Of a stretch of DNA of 64,000 nucleotides, positions 11,881 to 21,380 are shown piece by piece (positions within the stretch are counted from its first letter, which is position 1; every line of letters starts with the position of its first letter). The stretch covers positions 1 to 64,000 of the forward strand of contig LVLI01000939.1 in the NCBI GenBank assembly GCA_001687465.1, given 5' to 3'. The position numbers were made by a program, and so were the translations under genes. This DNA comes from Halocafeteria seosinensis. Its lineage: Eukaryota. The notes beneath the pieces are model-generated. The model worked only from the letters and a program-made list of their open reading frames with translations, had not been told where the DNA came from and made no database searches.

Positions 11881-13663
11881 TCAAGTTGTTTCTCTCTGCT
11901 TTGGCATGTACTTACTGAATTTTTCGGGGATCCAAATTTCTTTGGGTGCCGTGCGAGGATAGGTTTCAGAGCCAACCACGTAACGATAAGGGGCTTTGAT
12001 GTACTCTAGCAAGTCCCCGAACGTATCGCTTATATAGCGAATAGTGTAACGATAGACACTGCCATCAGGAAGTTCAGACAATGCCTGCTGCAATACCCTT
12101 TGAAGTTCAGCGTACACGGTGGACCACGAGTTGCCAGTGCTCCAGAGGACAATTGACATTACGGCCCAGGAAAAGAGCATGAACACAGCCAAAGCCGTCA
12201 CTACAAATTTCTTCCAGAAATGAGGATCGGTATCACCGGCGAGAGAAAAAGGGAACTCTAGGTTTTCATCCTTATGTTGTAGAAGCTGAAGATTTCCTTG
12301 ACCGCTACTTGATGGTATTTCCTGCTTCCTCCTTATTGAACTCAAAGTTTCGAGAGTGCGAATGCATGAGCCAGCATCGCTCGGGAAGAACGCGACCACC
12401 GGTTTTGCAAGAGTAACAGGATTCAATGAGTTCGAAACAGGTAACAGAAAAAACATGATTGATCCATCACTAACCAATGCCCAGTCGTATGGATGACTGT
12501 GAAGACTTCCCATTTCGAAACCAAGGCGTTTCCACCATAACATATTCGAGACCATTGTATCCTGCTGTTGCAAATGCCCTTTATTTTCCGAATACACACG
12601 TCTCCAAGGGTTAGATTCCTCCACCTCCTTTCGCTCTTTTTCAAGAGCAGAGAGTTTTTGTGGCTGATCTGTTGTCTTCTTATAAACTTCAGAGCTTTCA
12701 TCTTGCCTATTGGTTGCCTGACGAGAAAACCACAAGGGAATCGTAGTTTCATCGTTTTCTATCTCTTGCTGCAGGGTAGTTTCAAGGTGCGTCATCCCTT
12801 GTGCAATGTCCATTTCAGCCTCCAGGATTTCATCATCTTCAATTTTAGCGTCACCGTAATCACATTCGTCTTTCTCCACCAACGGGGCAGGACGCTTTAT
12901 CGGAATAACAATGCCAAGACTGTCCCCTAGAACCTGCGACACCTGTTGAGGGTGAGTACGTTGAGAGTCTCTCATGTCCAGCTGGGAAGACAAGAGCAAA
13001 TCCTCGGTAGGATTCATAACCGATTGGTGCACTGTTTTGGCAATATTGTGCGGACAGATCCTTTCCTGGGGGTCCTTCTTTGTACCCTGACTACTGGAGG
13101 AATTTATCGCGCCGACGACTACTCGCAGATTCCCTGGAGTTAAGAATTCGATACCACACACAGACCTTGCTTCAGATACGGCGTTGCGTTTTACGATATT
13201 GGAGTAACTGATCCCGTTATGAAGAAGAAGGCGTTTTCTAGCGTTTAGGCTTTCCGCGGCGTACAGAACAGTGGGAGATGGGAACTGCAGGTCCAGAAAT
13301 ATCTGCAATCCCCGGTGAGATATTTTCCGAGACGGATACAGTGATACGTACTTGTTCAGCATGTACAACGTAGTGCTGCGAACGATGCCGCAAGATGGCA
13401 TAAGGCGCGTCATCATTTTTCTGGTTTTGGCTGAATCTGCCTTCTGCGCGTAACTCAAAACCCAGTTCTCGCGTCAGCACGCCTATCATTTGGTGATACT
13501 GGGTAATTGTCGGCGCGGACAAGCAGATTGCAGCACAGTCACCCAAGTAGTGAGATCTAGCTTCCTTTTGAATCTGAGTCAATCTTTCTCGCCTTTCTTT
13601 ACTCCCTGAGGCACGTTCAACGCCCGGAAGCGCTTCATTTTCTGCCAAATCGCTGCTGCTCAT
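11881..13663 (-). CDS. Hypothetical membrane protein with two VOC/glyoxalase-like segments and a C-terminal TM helix, probably 2 exons
   Basis: ORFs 13238-13663 and 11881-13458 join through a gtacgt...ctgcag intron (about 13286-13351). Motifs RELGFEL, EFLTPGNLRVVV, WWKRLGFE..HPYDWALVSDG; TM FVVTALAVFMLFSWAVMSIVLW. Confidence 0.6.
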
Positions 13664-13937
13664 TCTTCAACGTATCCGACGGGCTATTTTCCCTGTTAGT
13701 ACAGGGTCGTTAACTCCAGCAAAGGAACAACTCAGTACCAGTATGTGTCAATTCCCACGCCGAAGGTACCTTTGAAGCCATTATACCGTAGGTCAGCCAA
13801 CGATTGTGAAGCTCACACTTCACGTGACGGCTTTATTCTATTCAATGTGCCCAGTTTAATTGCTATTGCTCGAACATTCCTCTTGAATAGAACCAGTTGA
13901 TTTGTTATCATCTTTGATTGGACGTGGTTAGACGCTC

Positions 13938-15731
13938 ATGGGAGCAGAGGACGCTATTTCCCGTACTAAAGTCAAAGGTGATAATAATTGTGATCAGATG
14001 GAGCAAACGAAGCTATACAGAGTTTATCTATCGTGGTACGAGCTCTATACTCCGCGTGGAACTCCACTGAGTAAGGTGCTAAGGTTCTTTGCTTCGGTGG
14101 AAGGCGTGTTCCCGGCGGAGAGGCACCTCGGTGGGAAAACTGATCGGGAAATACCAGCATGCACAGCTACAAGAATGAGATGGCCACGGTGTGTGGTGAA
14201 GAATATACGCCGAGATGCAGATCTTACGAAGGTCTTGAAACGATGTCCGAACTTTAGCGGGACAGTTCGCCTAAGACGTTCCTGGGACATTACAAAACGC
14301 GGACTCAGTTGTCTCTCTAGTATAACGTGTCTCAGCATCCGGGACTCTCCAGTGTCTTCAATCAGTGATGATGTGCTTCAACACCTTTCTAATCTAACTT
14401 CACTGAATCTAGGAGATGGGGAAGGGGAAGTGGAATCGATTACAGACGCAGGTTTCACTCCTCTGTACAGGCTACGCAATTTGGTTATATGGGGAGCGGC
14501 ACCAACGCTCACAGACTTGGCGTTTTCCCACCTTCCTAACCTCTCCAGTTTAACTATCAGTTTCTGTAGACAAAGCACAATTACAGACGCAGCCTTTTCT
14601 CACTTCTCTTGTTTACGAAGACTTGGAATGGCTGGGTGTTGCCAAACTACAATAACGGATCAAGCTTTCAGGCATCTGCTGGAACTAACTAGTCTAGTAA
14701 TTGACTACTGCACTCAAAGTACGATAACGGACAATGCGTTTCGCCATTTGTCAGCATTAAGGGAAATTAGTATACGAGAGTGTACAACTATCTCAAGTGA
14801 TGCGTTGAGTCACTTTTGTAACCTGCGGCGACTCCAAATGGACGGATGCCACCAAACGCAGTTAACCGATAGAGCCTTCGTACGCCTGAGTGCACTCGTC
14901 CGGCTAGATATGCCAAACTGCAACCTATCTGAACTTACAGAAAACGCATTTTCCCCCCTCGTTTCTTTGAATGCATTGAATATGCATCGATGCGAGCAAC
15001 ACATATTTTCCAGCAAAACCTTCCGCAATCTTGCTAATTTGCGTCAGCTAACAATGAGCAGCTGCGGACAAACAAGTTTAGGGGATGATGTTTTTCTTCA
15101 TTTGCGGAACTTGACTTATCTAGACATGGAAATGTGCTCACAGGAATCCATTACAGATGAAGCCTTTCAGCATCTTACCAAGTTGCTGGAATTGAAGATG
15201 TCGTTCTGTACCCAGACGACAATCTCAAGCCAGGCGTTCCGCCATTTAAGGAATGTTCGTCGGTTAAGAATGTGTGCATGTAGCCAGACAACAATTGGAG
15301 ATGATGCTTTCATTCACCTTTCTCGCCTAGAGGATCTCACAATTGACCACTGTATTCACATCACAAACGCTGCACTCGAACACTTGGAAAATTTGACTAG
15401 CTTGAGTATGAAACATTGCCGGCAAATCCGTTTAACAGATGAGTGTTTCCGATATCTGACAAACCTGCGACGTTTTCAGGTTCATTTTGTCCCTCTGGGC
15501 AACTTAACAAATAACGCCTTCCTGCACCTTGGGAGGCTAACTCAACTGCATCTCGGGTCTTACGACGAGACGGCTCTCGACCTTCACATTACTGAGGCAG
15601 GGTTCGCCCATCTATCAAATTTGCGGCATTTGAATATCAATGTTCTCGGTGATAGCGCGCTTGCTCAGAACGCGCGGCTCCATCTCACAAACTGTGTCAT
15701 CAGTGGGCAGTTAAGCTATTCATGGGAGTAG
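13938..15731 (+). CDS. Leucine-rich repeat protein (Cys-containing LRRs)
   Basis: 597-aa ORF with roughly 17 repeats of about 26 aa, consensus LxxLxxLxMxxCxQxxITDxAFxH. Confidence 0.9.
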   Translation: MGAEDAISRTKVKGDNNCDQMEQTKLYRVYLSWYELYTPRGTPLSKVLRFFASVEGVFPAERHLGGKTDREIPACTATRMRWPRCVVKNIRRDADLTKVLKRCPNFSGTVRLRRSWDITKRGLSCLSSITCLSIRDSPVSSISDDVLQHLSNLTSLNLGDGEGEVESITDAGFTPLYRLRNLVIWGAAPTLTDLAFSHLPNLSSLTISFCRQSTITDAAFSHFSCLRRLGMAGCCQTTITDQAFRHLLELTSLVIDYCTQSTITDNAFRHLSALREISIRECTTISSDALSHFCNLRRLQMDGCHQTQLTDRAFVRLSALVRLDMPNCNLSELTENAFSPLVSLNALNMHRCEQHIFSSKTFRNLANLRQLTMSSCGQTSLGDDVFLHLRNLTYLDMEMCSQESITDEAFQHLTKLLELKMSFCTQTTISSQAFRHLRNVRRLRMCACSQTTIGDDAFIHLSRLEDLTIDHCIHITNAALEHLENLTSLSMKHCRQIRLTDECFRYLTNLRRFQVHFVPLGNLTNNAFLHLGRLTQLHLGSYDETALDLHITEAGFAHLSNLRHLNINVLGDSALAQNARLHLTNCVISGQLSYSWE

Positions 15732-16429
15732 TCTTACTGTACTCAGGAATAATTATCTTCCGTTGATGCGCGAGGGATTTGTTTGCAGACGGAGCAATTG
15801 ATCATCAATTATTGATGGCTATGCCTCTGCAGCATGGTCGTCATTAGCGTGAGATTTGTAATTATGACTTCGGTTCCACAGGCCAGCTTACAAGAGCGTA
15901 GCGGAATTTCGCTTGCAGCTCTCTCTGGGCCGTGTAACCCAATGACTGACCATATCATGCTTGCTATATGTCATGATATCTACACAGCACTGCGACAGCA
16001 GGGATTCTGCTGCAGAATGTGTGCATCACTGTGAGCATTCTTCAGCACCCGCAGTGCAAGCTCAGCGCTCTGACCTTACGGTTGGTATCTTTTAGGTACG
16101 AGCGAAACCACAACAACTGAAAATACACGCCATCGTAGAAGCTTCCTTCACTTGCTATTTCTACAGCCCTGGAAACATCTTTCAGTACATGCGAGCGGCT
16201 CACCAGTGGTGAGTCACCACACTCCGCTCCCGCTCCGATATAGACTATATCATATAGTGAGGTGGTTTGTCGCACGAAGCTCTTTACACTCATACGTGAT
16301 TGCGCACCAAGCACTTTCTACTCAATAGAACTACACAAAGAAACTGACGTATGTGGGCCTTGTAAAGAGAGAACACACGTGGAAGGACTTGCATATCCTG
16401 GATTTCGTTTGTTCTATATGCAGACAACA

Positions 16430-17224
16430 ATGTCGTCTGGACAGAAATACGTACTCTACTACGCACCCGGCCTCTGCAGCATGGCCCCTCATATTGCTTT
16501 GGAAGCTACTGGGCTACCCTATGAGCGTAAGTGCTCAATGAAGATGCGTTGGGCATGCGTTGGTCTGACTCAGAAACTCTTTGTCAACCAGTGGAACGAG
16601 TGACCATGAAGGATGGGAAATACACACTCGAGGACGGCACTGATCTGACCGAAGTAAACCCAAAGAAGAAAGTCCCGGCCCTCAAGTGTCCTAATGGCAA
16701 GATTTTGACGGAGGGTCCTGTCATCTCGCAGTACATTGCCGACCAAGTACGTTCAGAAAAACTACTATATGTGCAGTTCGAGCAACGTCCTGCATTAGGA
16801 CTCCTACCTAGCCACTATCTTGCTATGAACGTTTTAATCGCAGGCTCCTGAGAAGAAGTTGGCCCCCGAAAATGGTACTTTCGAAAGGTACCAGCTCCAG
16901 GAAATGCTGAATTTCTTGACATCGGATGTTCACAAGTTCTTCTATCCACTGTTCTTCGGCTGGGATGATGATGCCAAAGCACGAACAAGCCAAGTCTTAG
17001 ATAAAGGATTCGCCTATTTGGAGAGCCAACTGAAGCAAGGCCACAAGTATCTGCTCAGCGATACGTTTACTATTGCGGATGCTTATGCCTACAATCTTCT
17101 GACATGGACCAAGAGGGCGCAGTTGGATACACTAGAGAAGTATAGCGAGCTAGCAAAATTCTTTGAGCGCGTGCAACAACTTCCAGCTGTGATAGAAGCG
17201 CTGAAACAGGAAGGGTTAATCTAA
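16430..17224 (+). CDS. Glutathione S-transferase, beta-class-like, 3 exons
   Basis: LYYAPGLCSMAPHIAL, NPKKKVPAL, LTEGPVISQYIAD, LTSDVHK, FTIADAY. Introns 16527-16591 and 16747-16843 keep the frame. Confidence 0.93.
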
Positions 17225-17427
17225 AGTGCGAAACATGTAGCGTTCAATATACGTTGAAACTTTTGTACCGTTCGTCAAAGCTTATGTTGTATTACTCTTT
17301 TTCCACTTTGTGCGTAGCAACTTCACTAGAGTAAATTAGAAACTTTTCATTGGTGCACACTTCTGGACTTTCGGAAGCTCTGGCAAAAATGGTTCAATAA
17401 GTTATTCGGATATTATACCATTTCGCT

Positions 17428-17961
17428 TTAGGAAATACTTCCTTGCTGAGCTTGGGAGATTATTTGGAAAACTGCAGAACCAATTACTACAAAAACGAAC
17501 AATCCAACGAGCCATTTATTCATTCTTGGGGCATCCTTCTGCATTGGAATAATAATGGTAAAGAAAGGATGTTGCAAGCTTGCCGCACACCAAGGTACTT
17601 TCCATGCACTTACGTTATCCTTCCCAGTGGATACATGACCTCTTTTCTGTATGTTACCATGGTACTTTTCACTCTTGTGTTTTCGTCTTCTATCGACCCC
17701 TGGTTTGTTCTTCGCATAGCTTGGTTTCCTTCCTTTGCTGCCGGAATCAGAAACTGGGCCTGAGCGCTTGGTCTTCTGCTCCTCCTCTTCCTCGGGCCTG
17801 TCCTCTTCTTGGTCGGATTTCGATGGCTGATACACAAGCGCACAGTAGAATACATCAATAATCTTTCATTTGAGTGAGAAACGGAGGGAAATAGTACATA
17901 GAGACGATAGTATATGGCCCGATAACGCGCCATTACGCTCAAGACATTGTGCGCTTACCAT
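17428..17961 (-). CDS. SERP1: RAMP4/SERP1 ribosome-associated ER membrane protein, 3 exons
   Basis: SEKYHGNIQKRGHV...|KDAPRMNKWLVGLFVFVVIGSAVFQII is the RAMP4 signature. Intron 17539-17613; probable ATG-only first exon (17959-17961) followed by intron 17827-17958. Confidence 0.85.
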
Positions 17962-18917
17962 TGTTTTTCTTTCTTTACCTCCTCTATGATCAAATGACAT
18001 ACAGTGTTCAAGTACACAATAGATGTCTTATTATATCGACAAAGTGGAGAAGCTAACAAACCATTCTTTTCGCTGTATTGTCCATTCCGGGGCTTCAAGG
18101 GGCACCTCGAGGGGGTATTATCCACTAGGAGCCTTCCACATTCAACAGCAAGGCTGAGCAAGCTTCACGAAGGCGCAAGGGTGCACAAATTGCAGCACAA
18201 GGAGAAGCCCCATAAGATATTTCGCAGTGGACTGCTATGAAGGGTGTACTTGGGGTTGATAGAGTGGTTTAGAGCTCCAACCCTGTTGGAGGAGGCATTT
18301 GTTTTCTTGTGTGGTATTTTACTGTGTATACAATTGTGATCAATGGCCCCGGCTGCCCGAACAAGTCAGCGAGATAATTCCTTGATATGGTGTACTCCTA
18401 ACCAAGCCTGTCCCATTCACGTGTACAACGTCGGGAATTATGGAGCCGCTAGCATCTAGGGCTGGGCGTTCACGTTACATGTGCAAACTCAGTAATTGAC
18501 ACTTCTTCCCCTCCATCCCACAAACCAACACAAAGATCCATCACCTTCCGTTTTGGAACCCAGTTCCCCGAGCAAATAAGGAAACGGCGTTTGTGCATGA
18601 CTCATGCTCGCATACATGGCGGCTACCTTCTTTTCGTTCCTTTCCCGTATTGATTATCGTCTCCCATGATCTGAGAAGCGAAAAATATTCACACATCTAC
18701 ATTAGTCTCCAACCGAACACCAGCTACAAAACAACTTCCCTCGACCTTACACTTCTTATTCGACTTGACTTCCTCGACGGAAACACGTTTTGTGAAGTTA
18801 GAGCCACGCATCGCCCACCTCGATACACCTTAACAGGGGTAGACTTGATTAGGAGTACACCATATCAAGGGAATTCTTAGTACTGTGGACGTGTATTTCC
18901 CCAAATATTCGTTCAAA

Positions 18918-20099
18918 ATGGTGTCCTTATCCTTACAAAAGAGGTACGTCGAGCTAGACATCTCCCAGTGTCTCATAGCTCCCCCTAGAAACTACAAAAA
19001 GGATATGAGCCACTATCCTGGGGGAGCACCTGGGGAGCCGGTTATCAGTGGGCAACCCTGACCCCTAGTGAACTACAAAAAGCATTCACGTCTCCTGCCA
19101 AGAGAGAAGCAAGGGGAAGGCTTGTCCCTGGTGTCGGGGAGAGGAAGGGCGAGCCACCGTGCTTGGTGTGTTGCATGTATTTTCAGTCATATGCACCGTA
19201 CAGCGAGTGTATATATGGAGGACGTAAAATACTACTCGTATAGGAGCCAGTGACGACAGATGCTAACGTATGGGAAGCCCAGGGGATCAGCACATAGCTC
19301 AATTTGCTCGCCTCCAGGCCTGGGTTGCCGGATGATACCAGTCTATATTACTCCATTCACTTGTTTGCTCGTGCTTTTATGTAATATGCAGACTAGCGTC
19401 AAGCGTCCTAAAATGCGGTCGCCGCCGCGTTTGGTTGGACCCCAACGAGATGTCGGAAATCTCGATGGCCAACTCTCGTAAGGACCAAAACACTCCATCC
19501 GCCTGAGAATATTTGCGTGTTGACCATTGCTTTGTGGATATGCTACTTTAAGTACAGGTCAAAACATCAGAAAACTTGCTGATGAAGGTTTGATTATTCG
19601 CAAGCCTGTCGCCGTACACTCGCGATCCAGAAAGAACCGTCGTGATGAGGCCAAGCGTAAAGGACGTCATCAAGGACATGGTAAACGAAAAGGTACTGCT
19701 AATGCTCGTTTACCGGTGAAGGTGATGTGGATCCGCCGAATGAGAGTGTTGCGTCGCATGTTGCGCAAGTACCGTGAACAAAAGAAGATCGACAAGCATA
19801 TGTAAGTTCGAATTATCATTGGGAGAGGGTTCCGCCGTCCTTGTCATGGCGTTGTCCTTTCGTACTTTGTATGAATGAACAGGTACCATGATCTATACTT
19901 GAAGGTCAAGGGTGGAAGATACAAAACTAAGCGTGGTTTGATGGAAGTTATTCACCATCTGAAATATGAGAAGAACCGTATGCAAGCTCTTAAGGAACAG
20001 GCTCGTATCGCCAAGGAAAGGGCCGACGCCAAACGCCGAAAACGTGAGGAGCGCGCCAGACAGAGACAGGAAGCTCTTCTGCAACAGCAGGATGCATAA
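18918..20099 (+). CDS. RPL19: 60S ribosomal protein L19 (eL19), 4 exons
   Basis: [28 protein letters not shown]...ANS|RQNIRKL...[10 protein letters not shown]...[17 protein letters not shown]. Introns 18944-19391, about 19478-19557, about 19802-19882. Confidence 0.98.
18961..19340 (+). ncRNA. Candidate structured intronic RNA element in RPL19 intron 1 (class unknown)
   Basis: Several complementary segment pairs (18978-18985/19020-19027, 19000-19005/19014-19019, 19051-19058/19322-19329, 19148-19154/19306-19312) and a duplicated CCCCTAG..AACTACAAAAAG motif, in an intron several times longer than the others in the window. Confidence 0.5.
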
Positions 20100-20502
20100 G
20101 CTCTGCTATGATTTGTCCCATGTTTTGTGGAAGAACGTGAAGTCTGTTACCTTAGTGATAACTCTGCCCCTGTTAATCCCCTCACATTGATATTCTCGTC
20201 ACGACTGATTTGAAGGAACCCATTCGTCAATAGAGGGTATTTGTGTGCGATGCCAATACACAGCTACCAAAATAAGACGAGTGTTATTATCCCCCACCTT
20301 CATAGTGGTCGTGACACCGTCGACGACCATCGTGTGTTACGTCTTCAAGTTAGCCTTGAAGTTCGAGGGCAGAAGTCTCTTGCCTCTTGGTGTTGTTGAA
20401 TCCATTCATTACCTAGTTCGCTAAGGGAGGCGTTTTGGAGTAGAATGATTCAACTAGGGGACAGATAAGTTTTCTTAATTTTCTTGGAAGCCGATATACG
20501 AC

Positions 20503-21272
20503 ATGGCTTCCACCCAAGGAGCCTCCATAACATATGGTGATGTCACGCTTCATGCTGATGATCTTCAGCTTCTGGACCCTCCAAACTGGATGAACGACAA
20601 CTTGATGTCCTTTTACATAACCTACCTAAAGCGTGAATTGTACCCGGAGACGATTGCTGAACACAATTGTGCTCTACTAGAGCCTTCGTAAGTGGAGGTC
20701 AGCAATCGCTTAGTGTCTCGCAAGTGCATGATGGATTCTGATGTTGCAGAGTGTCCTTTTGGTTTCTCCAAGCGACTACGGAGGATGTTGTAGATGCGAT
20801 ATTCGACTTGTCGTTACATTCGAAGGACTGGGTGTTTGTACCCATCAGCGATCACACAGACATTTTGACAACGGGCGGAACGCATTGGACAGCGTTGGTG
20901 TTGAATATTGATCAAGCCAAGGGCTTCCATTTTGATTCGGGACAAGTCGAAAGCACTGCCAACTATAACAATGCACGAGCCTTCGCACGCAAACTATTGG
21001 AAGCAATATACTTGAAAAATGGCGAAGAAGTGGCCGTCGAGTTGGAACTGTCGCAGTCGCGATGCACAAAACAGACGAACGGTTATAATTGCGGCTACCA
21101 TACGTGCGCTACCTTTGAAGCTGTTCTCCAGGCTATGAATAGTGGTGTGCCAGTTTATCCGGACGTACACCAGTTGGAAAACATAGCAAGTTACCCCCCA
21201 CAGGCTGCAGAGCAAGTGAGAGAGAGAAGCATGCAGAAGCTCGCTGCTCTGCTGCAACAGCAATACACTTGA
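20503..21272 (+). CDS. SENP8: NEDD8-specific protease (SENP8/DEN1, Ulp1/C48 family), 2 exons
   Basis: DLQLLDPPNWMNDNLMSFY; catalytic H (GGTHW), D (HFDS) and C (QTNGYNCG). Intron 20688-20749. Confidence 0.92.
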
Positions 21273-21380
21273 TTTGCTACGTGATTCTCTCTTATGTGTC
21301 AGTTAGAATGCTCTGTGCGGCTTCCTAGTGAGTGAGAAGCTTGCGGATGACCTATGAACTTGATCGTACGACTGCTGGCT

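Noticed and set aside
19035..19070. GAGCCG...GCAA hairpin as group II intron domain V
   Set aside because: No 3' strand pairs with AGCCG and there is no AC bulge; the intron ends are ordinary GT-AG.
19276..19295. CAGG...AGCA as SRP RNA helix 8, and AACCCTGA (19054) as telomerase template
   Set aside because: Only 5 nt separate CAGG and AGCA (about 10 with a GNRA loop are needed), and the template does not match TTAGGG/TTTAGGG.
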